From assembly GCA_000934665.2 (NCBI GenBank), contig KZ538062.1, forward strand, positions 62,001 through 126,000: a DNA stretch of 64,000 nucleotides, written 5' to 3'. The translations under genes were made by a program, and so were the position numbers. The notes under the pieces are model-generated. The model did no database searches. It worked only from the letters and a program-made list of their open reading frames with translations, and had not been told where the DNA came from. This DNA comes from Catajapyx aquilonaris. Lineage: Eukaryota. Positions 39,539 to 54,279 of this stretch are shown in pieces (the first letter of the stretch is position 1; every line of letters starts with the position of its first letter).

Positions 39539-42500
39539 GAGTTGATCAACTGTCTGTTAAATCATTTCCTTCATGTGAATATTTCCCTACTTCATTGTGT
39601 TCTTCAACCTCAACAGATGTTTCGTTCCGACTTTTCCAAATAGGGAGAAAAAATAAACAACTCTATAAAATAGCGTTAATTACCGTATTACTAATAAACG
39701 CAATTCGATGCCGGTACTTAAAGTAGTTATTTGAATATGACTAGTTATTGACGAAAACAATCGTTTACTGTAATATTTCTTAAGTTAAGTAGCAGTTAAG
39801 ACACATTAATGCCAACAAGCCAGTTTGAGAAACTTGTTTAATAGCAATTAAGCATTCATGTTATTACTTAGCTATTACAAATCGCTGAAACTAGTCGCAA
39901 TCGATGGAGGTAAAACGTAAATTAGAATATTAATTGTAAGTAAATTCCGAAGGGGTAACAACTACGTAAATCAGTAAAAATGTGTTTAGCCATCAATTGT
40001 AAAAAAATCTCATAAATCCCTGCACAATTCGCTATGTAAATCCTTGCAGAAGTCACATAAATCCGGTGTACACTTAAATGGGCAGTTGTTATTCCCTTTA
40101 TTAATTCCCATAAATTGGCTATACATTTCAAAGCAATGTGTCGCATAATAATATACTATTGCAGTGTAAGTTATATGTGCTGGAAACCAGTGATGGTACA
40201 GGTCTCACTTATAAAAATTATAAATAGCAAACGCTATGAGAATATTATCCACAAGTAAAGTTATGTTGTCATATTAATGGTTCTATAAATTGCAAAAAGG
40301 CAAGTGCAGTTATAGATCGGAAATCTATTCTCAAACGTACAGTACTTCGCATTTTTTGTGCACTGTATTTATTCTCCGCAATTTATACTAACTGCTGTAC
40401 ATGATATTTTTTCAAAAAAATCTCACGAACTGAAATCATATGTAACATCCGTAACAACATCATGAGGTAAAATAATTTACGACGTGAAGTGCCCAAAAAG
40501 AAATATAATTCGCCACACAAAATAGTCTAAGTGTGACCATAGAAATTTGTATTGGTCTACACGACTAATCAGTAACATTTTATAAGACGCATCTTCACCT
40601 ATTATCAGCACCAAATCAAACAAATCGTTTCATTTTGTTAGGAAATTCGTTTGCGTTGTAAAATATCGCACAAAAAATGGTTCCGACTCCATTTTTCAGT
40701 TATCGCTCGGGCGTCAGTAGATATCGATAGACGCCACTTAAGATTACGAAATCACAAGTTCTATTGGCCACAACCGACATGCATGGGCGCCAATACTACC
40801 CATCCAGATGAAAACGTCAGGAAGTATAATAATTGAAGAGCCTTGCTGCCAGCGTGCGACCATCTCTTTTTGTTTACGTAACTATCGCACTTTCAGCCCT
40901 GGCGGTTATCTGAACTTACCACTTGATTAATCACTAGCATTAAGTACCACTTCTTTTTTGCGCTCATCTTGCACGTACGTAATTTAACGGCCATGTCGTC
41001 GTTTTTTGCCCTCCAGTTTTATGGAGAAAAAGGACCGCATACTGTACACCCTGCATTCTTGATCAGGAGCAAATAACCGCGGTTTTTATTCAACCAGCAG
41101 ATGCCACTTAAACTATATCCATTGTCGGAGGCCATCGTGCAAAAAAACCAGGGCCTCGTATGTGAGGCATGAGATTTGCATGGCAAGACTGTCTTGGCCA
41201 GCACCAAGGTCATGGCTTGCTTCTTTTGCCATCGAGTATACTACCAATGAGGCTCGAGCCTCCAGAAGGTCAATTGTCACCTGGGATGTGCAGTGTCCGT
41301 GATGTATGCACATGTTGCTCGTAAAAGGTGTTACTAAACCTACTGCTATTCCATGAGTGTAAAAATACCACTGGTATTGCTAATTTCTGGTTGCAACCAA
41401 GTGCGTGTGTATAGGTCGATTGTAGTGCAAAAGCGACATATTTTTAATGGAAAGCTAGTTTCGTTTTCGTCCGGCGACAGCATGTCGCCTGATTCTTGCA
41501 AATTGTCACATTTGCAAATATAATCGAACCCATACTCGGTACAACGACTCAGGTGCGACGAATAAAAATAAGGCTAATATGCATTGCTTCTAAAGTGTGG
41601 CAGGTGACTATGCATTGTTGATGGTTAAAAATTTTCTTTTGGTCGCGAAATGGCAGCAGCTAATTTGCCTGTCAATGAGCAGGCTGTCCCAACACTAAAC
41701 ATAAACAAATATGCAGGTCCAAGGATTCGCTTGAGCACACAAGACAAATGCAGGACATGTCCCATTCACTTTTATAAGCCGCATCATCTTGAGCCTCTAC
41801 GCCCTTCATTTTTGGTTTTTACAAAAAAAAAAATATTCCAATCTTTTAAATCTTCAGATGATGTCACCATTGTTGTTGACGGCAACAATGGTGACATCAG
41901 CAATGTTTACCGGAGTACACTTTTGTATTATGCTGTATTGGAATAGTTACACTGATAGCATGCCTGCCCATGTCAAATTGCAGTACAGCAATCCCATCCC
42001 CAACCAAAGACCAACAATCAACTGAACTCACCCCAGTGTCGTCGACCAGACCAGTGATCCCCCGCTGTCACCAAATAAACCACCTTGCGTCTGTCACCAA
42101 TCTTACGTACGATGGAATGGATCTTGCTCTTGCATGAACCGCGCTACTACAGCAACTGAGCTTTAGCGCCAACTCTGGAGCTGTATTTGAGCCGCCAATC
42201 CCTTCCCGGAATCCTCCCCCTTCCCCCTACTCCCTAACCCCCCTCCAGACCTCCACCCCCCATCTGTACTTCAAGATAACCTCGGCCACCACCAAGGCGC
42301 TTCGATCAAGCCTAGTTGCAAAAGGGATCATACACTTGCTGTTTGTACACAGTAATGTGCCCTTGTTGCTCCTGTAAAGTTCAGGAGAGGGAAACCCCCT
42401 CAAGTATGATCGGTCCTGCTGGAGTCATTTGTCCCATCAATTTGCGTCATTGCAGGTGTAATGTACTGCGGATACATAATGCAAAATAATGTACCGAAAA

Positions 42501-45500
42501 TTACAATACACCAATTTTAATTTGCTTTCATACCTAGATGGCCAGTGCTGCAAATTAATTAAAATCGGAATGTCTCATAATTGATTGAACTAATGAGATC
42601 AGATAAGTTGAATACATTATGTAGCCAATCCGGTGAGTACTGTCCATAAATCGAACATAAATTAATTTATATATTATAACTGGGGTGTTATCACGATGAT
42701 TGATTTGGGAGCGGGCGACTATCGCCTTCCGCAATTCCCTTAGTGTTGATATCAGCAATATCGGAGTCGAGCCTACTCGAGATGTTTGTAACGGCTGCCT
42801 GTCGGAATGTTTTGACGCACATGGCGTGACAAAAAAGGGAAAATATTGTGAAATATTGGATAACACTTGGCTGGCAATGACCTTCACTCTTAAGGGAGTG
42901 TTATAATTAGGAATGTCAGTACGGTCCCGTTAATTGTTATTGAACATGATAATTGTTTTATCAGAAATGTCATATAATAGCAACTGGCAGTCAATTTTTT
43001 AACTGCATTTCACAACTGCTCTGATATGCTTACTTTTAATTGCCATTAGTTAGCATTAACTTATGTGCATTAACTAATAAATTCTCAATAATTATAACTA
43101 CAGCTTCACATATGCAAGCATGTACTGACCTTGCCAATTTTTGACAAGGAAAAAGTCTCTACTATCAATATTACTGCCAAAATTAGACCATATCAACACT
43201 ATGCTAGGAATACTATCTTTCTCATCTGGCAATGCCGTCCTACTATTGCATGAGCCATTTGCATATACTTGTGCCTGTAAAATTGCGAAATACAACGGGA
43301 TAAAAGAAACACACTGGACCACACAGTATATATGCTACATACTCCCAACTCTGCAGCACGTGGCTATAGTATAGCACCACTTCCGAGAACTTCTATTGCC
43401 GTAATGTATATGCAATAAGGTTCGGTTATTATGCAATGTTGAAAAGCGGCAACCATTAGGTTTTCGAAAATATTATATACGTATAGGAATAATATCCCTG
43501 TATTATGAAGTGATATATTTACTTTCAGAATATAGGCCTACCTGAATAACGACAAAAATGTGAATTTCAATACAGATTTTTAAAAATACCTGTGGGTTTT
43601 TACTTGTATAAGTATATAATTATGCACTGGGAGAATATAAGATTCTAGGAAGGCTCCTATACTAAATAATTATTTTTTTCCTCCACCTGCATTCTACAAT
43701 ATATCTAAGAAAAATCGCGTCCATAAGTTACAACAGGTTTAGAAGCTGCCTCAGCAACACTCGCAAAATATGGGAATTGGGCATGACTTGTCACCTCGCA
43801 TAATTTTTGCGGAATGGTATTATATGATGGTAGGCAACAATCATCGCTCCCAGGTGGTTGCCTTGCGTTGTTTTGTGTAAACCTCTTCTTATTTTAGTCT
43901 GCATGTTGATTTAGATATGACTTCCGGGGTGTATATATGATGACCCGGAATCGGTGATCGTAACATCGCGACGCTTTATTTCAGTACCGGTTGCCATGGA
44001 CGCGAGGACGCAGGAGCAAAGGCAAACACTACACGTTCGCGCCTGGAATATACCCATCCTTATATCTTTGGTATCTCCAACCGATAAGCTCATATCCTGC
44101 CACTCTAACTACTCATAACAGTTATATCTACACAACGCAGCAAATAGTCCGTTCATTCATCTTGCCAATCTGCACAATGGATATCGCTTCTATATTTTAT
44201 ATAAGTAATCGCACCCACGCAAACTACCCGTGCTCATGAATGAACTCGATTTATCACTATAATTCGTTCAAAACAAGTGCATACATATGATAACAATGCA
44301 CAATACACGGCTATACAGCAAAGGTACAGAAATAATTACCTGTAATCTAACCTATATTAGCATCAGTATACATGTTGCTGTCAATCATAATTGAGAAATA
44401 TTTCAGCTTCCGGATTTCTTGTTATGTGAGGTTCATGACAAGTCGTGGGAAGAAAGTTCTCTGGATGCTGAATGTGCGTCACCTCCATCTCGGCTGTTTT
44501 ATTTTTATTCTTTTGCTAAATGGGTTGGCTTTGGCGTAAAGCACAGAGCACACAAAGATTACAAGCATGTAAACGCTGACACGGTAGGCATTTGAATGGA
44601 TCATTTGTGTCACATATTGTGTCTTGGAGCATTGGTTTGTGTGCAATAAAAATCACAGTATGTGGTGCGTGGAAAACTGGCAACAACTTTCAGCAAATGC
44701 TAAAAATTAGCAACCTGCATTGTTCACATGAAAAAAGTGGCTTATTTAGCTGATAAGTATACAGATATTTAATCCAAAGTCTGATCACGTGGAAATAATT
44801 GATTCAGTTCTAAATATATTTCATCTTGTCTTCTGCTGCCAGAAATAATAAACGACTTCTTTTTATTTACCAAAACATGAGATATCGTGACTCATATTGA
44901 AGGTCTCCCTGGCATATTTGACGTTGCTCTCCGTGGTAATTAATTCTTGGTCACAGCGCCGTCAAGCCTGACAAAACAAACAACTGCGAGCAACAACAGT
45001 TTCACGTGTACACTATTCACTGTCTAAAGTATAGTTTCCCCACTATAGCCCCCTAGTTTGAATAGTGCAGGTGGGGTAGACTTAACTGCCCACATCCTTT
45101 TGATTACAATACAGAGATAGGTCGTGACAGAGCCCTTTACCCATACCCTTCTGCTTGAGCCACTCGACGTATTTTCTGTTTGCAAACATCGATGTTGGTA
45201 TATATGCCTTGTGTGGGCCAGTGTACCTTAGTTATCTCATGCCACGTGTACTCTGGACCCCCTGCTATTTGTACCTATTTAGTTTTTGTGGGCGGAGATT
45301 TACGTCACCTTTGCGTCATCGTGTCCTCCTGGTTTATTCTTCTGCGTACTATCTCTCGGCTTGCAAATAGGATTCTCGCAAATTATGTGGACCATGCTTC
45401 GAACCCCCTTAACTTTCACTCTCTGCTTCGACTCTGTATCAAAAAATCTGCACTCGAATGTATACTGTACGTATACATCTACATGATAATATTATGCTTC

Positions 45501-48500
45501 ACAATGCTTGTTAATATGGTAATAATTACTGTGCATGAGGCGACCTCACAGTAATTATTGTCACCTTTATCATACTTTTACCCTGTTATTACCTATAGGC
45601 AACCACTACAGTCATGTTCACAGCATATTCCGCCTGTGCCTTTATCTGCATCGTGGGTCTTCGGTGTCGACGGGAACACAAATGTGTCTGGTCGTCTAGT
45701 CGTTACAGATTGGTCCCTCAAAACTTCTCACCATATAGTCTACGCCTACAATAAAAAGCCAGTGGCTTTTCAAAAAAAAAATCATTTCCATATCACACGA
45801 GATAAAGTAGTTATTATCGACGGTTGTCCTTTAAGTTATGCCGTTGAGCACAGCCGGTTTCAAAATAAATTAGACGCCGAACTGCTCAACACACTGCTCG
45901 TGTATTCATCAATAAAAGTGTCACTGTATGAAGCAAATGAGACACATTGCCCAATACTGTACATCGTATACTGTATACCTCTTCCCATAATTAAAGGTAA
46001 AGTCCATGGTGGCTGATGGGGAGGAATGTTCTTTTATAGCTATCTAATCACTCGACTAATTCACAGCGAAGCTGCACAACATTTCAGTGTGCAAATCACA
46101 AACAGAGGTTCTTATTCATTAATCTCATGTACTACGGTGCAGGGGGCATTCAAGGAAGTCACAAGGTTCCTTGCATGTTTATAAGCCCCGTCTCTCTTTC
46201 AGTTAGCTCTTGAAATATTGCACTTCTGAAGCAATTGATTGCTTTCGACATCATTCTGAATTTAGTTATTGAGATGCTTCATGCCGCACGGAACTTAGTT
46301 AGTCACAAAATGCAGGACGTAATTTTGTACAGATGTCAAGTCAATATTATTTCATGTTATTGAGTCTACAACATTGCGATGTAATTTATTGTTTGCAGCG
46401 AACTATAGTTAGGCACTTGCCTGTCTAAGCCATAACTGCTGATTGCCATAATTCGACGACAACCACATTTAGAAAAGTACAGTGTGCTGTGAACAATATT
46501 ACTGCAACACCTATCATTTCCGACGTTTATGAGTTTGTTTATTTGTCATAATATAAAACACTCGAAGCGTGATGCACATCTTCTCAGAAAGGTAAATTTT
46601 ACTTTACTGTGAGTAAAACTTCAACCTTGAAATGTTACATTTATAATATGTACTGTACGTACCTGTACGTACACCGGTAAAAATATTTAACTGAAAAAAT
46701 AACTCATTTGGTCAAATTATAAAAACAGGTAGCATAGCTTCCTATTGGGCTGACAATTATTGCTGATATTGCCAATGACTCATCGCAGCAAGTTATGGCG
46801 GAATACTCATAAAACATACTTCATAGGAATTAATCGAAATTAAACCACAAATAATTAATAAAACCCACAAGCATTGTGATGAGTTAATCTAGTGTTTTGT
46901 AACGCTGAAGGTAATAAAATAATCAAATTGGCACATAAAATAATGTCCAGGTGATCATATCATATTGAAGATCCAGTCATGATCTATAAAATTTTACTAT
47001 CTTCATTAATTTATGCTAGATTGGTACAAATCCTGTTGCACAGTCATATTACTCGAGAGTCCCAATAACGTCGAGCAACTTTATTTTTCGCACTTCATAA
47101 ACCTAATATGAACTTATGAAATTAATATTGTTCTTCTGCAACACACTGAGTATTGTGAACCTCATCAATTTTACCGATTGCTACATCACTACATCCGAAC
47201 AATAGTGTCAAAGCTCATCATTACGTCTCCTGTTGACATTGCGCATTTAGGAGAGATTTGTTTGACTGCGATTAGTTAAGGGCTTCCTGTCCATTTTTTA
47301 ACGTACTAATATAGTTTGCCCTTTGGTACATCAGATTTGAGAGTTTAAGCTATGTGCGCAGTATTATTTGATAGGGCAATGATCGTACATCCTCTCGTTG
47401 ATAGGAATACTGGAGTAGTTCACTCCTTTGGACAAACAAGAGAAGAACAAAGTCTTCTTTCATTCATACTTTTAGAGAGATATCACACAATGAGTTTGCT
47501 CCTTTTATCACAGACTGGCTTTTCACGAGATGCTTCTTCCTGTTATGCCATTTACTCAAGTTCATAACTATAGTAATAATTGGTGGAAAAGAGAGAGCGT
47601 GCCCAACTATGAATTCAAATACACATTGTTGGGACAGTTGAATATTAATTGCCTTTTTTATTTTAAGAAGCATTTTGCTTACTCTTTAAAGTTACTCATT
47701 CAACAAAGATATTTCTTCTCCTGTATGTGACTGAAAACTCCAAATTTACACATTACTGATTTAGCCGTCATGAGTATAGATAATTGCGTTGTTTACGACA
47801 TTAATACTTAACTACAGTGATCCGACCATGGCCAAGTTTCAACACGCAAATAATGTATAAAAAATAGGTTAAACATTCTGTGGATATAAGCTATTTGTGA
47901 ACGTCCTTATGATCCAAGAATTGCACCGGGAAAACTGTAAATTACAGAAATAGTGAGAACAAAACACAAATGAGATTGAAATCGTGTGCTGCTGATGGGA
48001 ACTTTTTGCCGAGTTTTCCGTTACATTTAATAGATCACTATTTTTGCCGAAAGTTGCCAATCTAGTCCTCCATGTCAGCCTGTATAGTCATTAGTCAAAA
48101 ATACAACAACATTATACAAATCACGCAACTTAATTGTGTTACTATCGTTATCGCATTGCAAGTATTCTACACAGTAAATGCTCTGTAATGAGTGCAATTA
48201 CAATGACACATTAGCTATACTTAACCCCACCTTAAGTTCAGGGTTTCAGTAATCTAAAGCTCGTTAGCAGTCAAGTCGATACTTATAGTTTTTTATATAA
48301 AAAAACTGTAACCTAGCAGATTTTGACATTCACAAAGGTCACGTGATAACCTTTAAGCATTGTAAGTGAAAATGTAATATCTAGGATTGTAGCGATAGTG
48401 ATTTGCACTATAGGAGTCACTTGCACGAACGAATCCATTCCTCGTTCGAACCAAGGACAGGTGAAGCGGTTGTACATTCGACACGCCATCCGAAGATAAT

Positions 48501-49520
48501 TCTCTCGAGGTCATTCAAAGAGGTTGAAATTAGCATTACATATTAACATCTGCCACACTGGCCCAATCTTTTTGCTATAGGTCTGAAGACTCGACATATC
48601 TCGTCTGCTACAGATCAGAAGGTGTCTTCTAAAAGAAAGTCTAAACTTGACATATGCATGGGGTGTAAAATCAGATATGCATTCAAAAATCCTTGAAATA
48701 ATCACGTAACCATATCGTATATGATATGAGACACATACACCTGGGATACTATTTTCTGTCTACTTGATAGCAGCCCTTTTATGAATGAGGGCACTGTTGA
48801 TAATGCCTTGCCCCAGCACTCAAGAGTCAATGGGTTCTCTGTCACATTATCAATGAATGGACCTTATCCGAAAGTCGGGATCATATCTTGTTACACCTAC
48901 GAAGGACACATTCGCTTCAGGTTTCATTAATAAAACGCCACGGCTTATCTTTATCATTGCATAACTTTTCATGCGCCGTTAAATTAACAACCAAATAATT
49001 TTTCAGTATTGCTATTACCATTTTGCATAATGCATTTGCCGTCCAGATGTCATGATGCAAAAAACAAAAAAAAACAAAAAAAACAAAAAAACGTAGGGCT
49101 GTAGTCAGAGGACACAGGAAACGGAAATATACGACCATTTCCTTACAACGTCAAAAGTTGATAAGTGATCCATCCACCCCTATCCTCACGTAACCAATGA
49201 AGACGACGATATCGGAAACTCAAGTATGCACACCACATCCTCTGACGCTTACTCTTTTTTCCCCGCTCTCCGCCGGATAGCGGTCTTCATCTACTCTTGA
49301 TACTACATATACTATGTGTATGAATTTTTCCTCTTAAAACCATTAATGACTCAACTTCAGGAATCTATCTCAACATAGACTCTACGTCTAGGAATTGCAG
49401 CTAGGGTTCACTGAAAGCAACAGGAAAATAATTTCCAGCTTTATTTTGCTCTGCTTCCAAGTAAAAGGTTATCTCCCTCTGGTATATATTTCTGTATAAC
49501 TCAATATAATCGCGCGTTTC

Positions 49521-49606
<86 letters not shown>
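49521..49606. repeat. (TAA)n microsatellite
   Basis: About 28 uninterrupted ATA/TAA units. This is the source of the spurious poly-Tyr ORF 49401-49673. Confidence 0.98.
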
Positions 49607-49607
<1 letters not shown>

Positions 49608-52600
49608 TAATAAGTAATTCGTTTTTAAATAAATGTCGCCTACACACAGAGACTGCTCTAATTTGAAGAACAATTATTTACAGGGTCATCTTTCTTTCTG
49701 GGTCCAAAGGACTTCCCCATGATAACAGAGGTCAATTATTTTCATTATTTTCACCTGTAATTTTAAACCTCCGGAATCCTGTGTTCCAATCCAACGTCTC
49801 AAACTGCACCCTGAACTTATGGCATATATGTTATTCCCCGGACGAAATCTGACGAACCATATGACGCAAACAAAACCTGTTGGTTTGCCCGTGGGTGCAG
49901 CTTTAACCCATTCTTTTGACTCCCCACCGCTCTTTCTCTTCAATCACACACGTATGCCAACCCGGATTCCTTAGAAGTTGGGACTTTTTTGCGCAGAAAT
50001 ACACTTTCGTCTCTATAAAAAGCACTTTAAATGTGACCACAATCCATTTCCGGTCGACGACTCGGGTAATATTCCCATATAAACATCGACGCACGTCACC
50101 GTGTCGATTCTCGTAAATTTCTCAACTCTCATTTTCTTTTCTGTGATATATAGCAGCCTACATGCCTCAAGGCCCTGACCGCCTAGTTACTCACATGCCA
50201 AATGTTGAGGCTGGCCAAGTGTATACGTACTCACATATTACCCTTGGCGTCATCTGAGGCACGTCAGGGGTGTATTATCTGAAAAGGAAAGCGAAAAATG
50301 TTCAGTCGAGCTTTACAGATTCAAGTAATATTATTATCGCAGGTCATGTTTCGTAAATGAGCTACGTTTTCTTTAAAAAAATCTCCTACGGATCTTCAAT
50401 TGTATGAATAGTTGCTGTCTCCTTGAAGTTATCCCTTCCGTGCTTTAAAACAGGTTCTCCTCACGTTACATCACACGTTATTTCAGTGATAATCTAGAGG
50501 TGAGAAGTGACACATTCAGGATGAGATCAGATGGTTCAATAATAATTGTACGTTGTTTATTTACAATAAATTTTATAATGCGTCATGGCTTTAAATAAAT
50601 TAGAGGATAATATGAAGAGGTGGACTAATTACTTGCACAATTAAACTGTCATGATCATATTTGTACTGTGTGGGTCAGCAGTTCATCATAAACTATTCAG
50701 GACACTCCTGAGATATACCTGACACTCCAGCTAGAGATTGGCATAGCTATAGTTAAGATAGGTGCAGGTATGCAGGAAATGCCCACTTAATCCACTGGAT
50801 GGATAATTAATAAGGAAATTGATATTTTGCCATTTGTCGAGCAGGTGATAAGATTAATTTAAGTACATATATGTCTTTAATGCGCCGTTATTTTAAAGGC
50901 ATTTGCACCATTGAATTCAGAGGGAATTCCCCTGACACGCAAGACCATGAAGCGATATTCACCTCATTTGCGATTATTTGCGTCACTGGTGACCACAATT
51001 CCAACGGATTCTGGGTGTGTCGTTACACCCATTTGATTAGTAATCAGATTCAGTACCACCCCCATTTGAACGCCTTGCACAATGATAAGCCTAAGCTCAA
51101 ATTAAAACCACGTGCAAAATAAACCAAGTTATTCAAGTATAAAATGAAAATGTCGCAAGTCCAATACATATGCAGCGACCAGTAGTGTACGGTGATTAAT
51201 GTATCAGTTGTCTAGAGTGCAGAAGGTCACTCGGTTGTGTTTTTTTTGTCGCCAGAATCGTGTCCCAGCAGTATAAAAAGGGGGACAAAAAGAGTGGCAA
51301 TGTCACCTGCAACTTGGAAATGAGCTTCCTGACACATCGTCGGGTTCCCACACGTGCCTGGCATAGCGACACGTCAATCAAAAATTCCCTATTCTTTTGA
51401 GATCTTCCGAAACACCACCCCCACCTTCACCTACTGTGCATCCACACCCCTATACCTATCAATATGTAGGACACGTAAGGGCTGTCCAAATCTAGGTAGT
51501 ACAAGAGTTACACAAAAAATACAAGTAAAAAAATCTGGCAGTAATGCAACATCCGGCCACAAAATCAAACTGTCAAGAGAGTTTCAACCATGGTTTCAAC
51601 ATTTATGCAAAAAAAGAAATAAATAAATTGCACCTTTTTTTTTGAAAACTACATGAGTGACACATTTTGCCTTTTGCGCCTGTATGTAATATTATTGCGA
51701 AAATTTACATATTATTTACAGTATCGTAATGCGTTGTTTTTAGTTACTTAGCAAACATAGATCGTATATCTACTACTTGTACACTTTTATATATTTTTTT
51801 AAACCGGACATCCCTGCATGTTAGACTTGATTAACCTTGACCCTAAAATTACCCCGATTCAGCATGGGAATCATGCAAGCGTGAGATGCCGCATTTACAT
51901 ATCAGGCACCTAGACGTAACTCGACCTGATAGATGAGTCTACCAGCTGACGGAAACCGCCTCTTTCCACCTTCTACCATCTACCTTTTAAAAAATTGGAG
52001 AGAAAAAAAACGTGGACTATACGTGAATCCCTGGATTTGCCCCTTAATCACGACATTGGAATTTTCTATTATAATTATTAATCTGTAAAGGGGATATTCT
52101 CTTCCCCACCAACATCATCCCCAACTATCTGATTGGTGTGATTGGCACTTGCCCCTCCTTCATTTCGTGTTCAAGTGTTCAACAATTTGCGCAAACGGTT
52201 TACGTAAAACTAATGTGGTTGCATGATAATATTGGCACTGAAGTTAAGCAAGTCACACGTCAAGACATCATTAGGTTTGTCATCTTAACCACATCCTCCG
52301 TCTCGGTGCTCTAATTAGTGCAAAAGCCACAGCATAATTGCGTCAAAATATGTGTCAAATCTTTGTGAGTCATAGTTGCCGTGGGATATTGTTCAGATCA
52401 TGTTTTCTATTGTTATATTAATTACTGAGTCGACAATAATTAAAATATTAATATTTTACCAGGGATTTCAATTATTACCCAAAGACAACATACTCAATCA
52501 GGAAAATATTGCAGAGAGACAGATCTTGTCAAAGTTGAATAGTTGCAAATAAATAATGCTATCTGTTGCATTGTCCTTATAATCAGGCAGTTTCTGGCAC

Positions 52601-54184
52601 TTGGTTCTAACGGCATTAATCTAGTCCTAACTGCAACCGGGTGCTCTCGATAAAATAAGACAGGCAGCCACAGACGATGGATAAAACTCGCAAATGAAAA
52701 ATCGGTGAGTCAACAATCTAACTACTGTAGAAAAACGGTAGCTAATTATAATTTACTAGTTTAAAGCAAGAAACCAATTCTGCATAATGATAATGTTCCA
52801 TTACTAAAAATTGGTGTCTCACTAAGCTTCACAAGAATATACAGATAGCATCTATGTTTTGGATATATCCGTATACAGTATACTGTGCTGCTGACTTGTT
52901 CTACAGGGTGGAGCATAGCCCAAGGCACAAAACAGAGACGGTCACTGGATTATTATCGCATATAAACAGGTCAGATCTCACCTTGACCATGACATTACCC
53001 ACAGAGGACATTTCCAAAGCCGATGACGCTCACAAACAAGTCCATGTATACGTATATATACAATACCGGTAATATTACCAGACCAGCTTACAAGCACCAA
53101 ACATTGCACAAGTTACGTAACCCTTAATATTTACGTCACTATGTCAATCAACGCCAGAGCTTGTATTATAAAACTATACAACGCCACATGTTGTAAAGAA
53201 AAATGCGCATTGCAAAATAGTAACTTTTAATGAACGCGGATTAGCCAGATTATGAATACAGTTTTATTATGAAATTCCATATTTTTTTATTTCTCTGTAC
53301 TCAACCTTCAGTCTTGAGTCAAAACCCGCTGGTCATCACGTGCAACATAGGGCACGGTCGTAAAAATCAAACCTTGATTCAAACTTCCTACAAGCCACGA
53401 GTCGATCAGTTCCGGCACGAGGACAGACCTGAACGACACAAGGGTGAGGTGGTGGGGGTGACGAGAAAAAAAAAAAGTCATTTTGAGAGTGTGTGGAAGG
53501 GGGAGGTAGAACACAATAAATCACCTGTCTCTCCATACAATATGCATTAAGGCATCGCGTTGCATCAACCAAAGCATCGGCTATAAAAATCTTATAAAAT
53601 AAATCACTCCTCTTACGTAAATGTCTGAAGCAGTGGCATTGGAAGTTGAGGAGGTGGAGGTGGTGTTGAAGAAGGAGGTGGGAGGGTTTGAAATATACGT
53701 CACTAGCTTACCTTGCCTCTCAAAGTGGTTCCAATCAGCTATACAGGTACATTTTTTTTATGTTGGTCTACTGTCTGCGTGATATCTTCCTGTTCAACCT
53801 CCCGAATTATTATGCAAACTTTGGGGTGTTGTATACATAATTTTTAAATTTGTTATTTTTTGTATTCACCTCGAGCTTGAAAATACTGTAATTTTTAAAT
53901 AGAAGATGACATGCCATGTTTTTTTTGTCACGACCATGCTTTGCTTGGTCACTGTTGCGTTAATGTGTGTATTAATTTGAATTGTGATTAATTGCAAAAT
54001 GTAGAGTTCTGGCATGGGAAAATAAACAGCTGATTTTATTTACTGCTCTTGCAAATACAACGTTGTGAAATGTTGCCAGAGAAGCTGCGTGGTATTCAGT
54101 TATTAATTATTTACCCAGTAACTATTAAACATTTCCTTCTCCAGGTCTTTAAAAGCTTATTGTTGGCATATACTAGTCACAATG

Positions 54185-54279
54185 GGTGAAATTTTCGTCC
54201 CATTGCTAGTTATACCCGCAATATTGCGGATGGTTACTACTAAGTTAGCAGTAACTAGCAGTGCGACAAAAATTCCACC
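54185..54279. repeat. Inverted repeat (28-bp arms, 24/28 matched) enclosing the palindrome CCGCAATATTGCGG
   Basis: ggtgaaattttcgtcccattgctagtta (54185-54212) versus taactagcagtgcgacaaaaattccacc (54252-54279). Confidence 0.7.

Noticed and set aside
47830..48066. Possible MITE with TTGGCAAC-type ends
   Set aside because: The ends are too degenerate and there is no TSD.
49401..49673. Poly-Tyr ORF
   Set aside because: Translation of a (TAA)n microsatellite.
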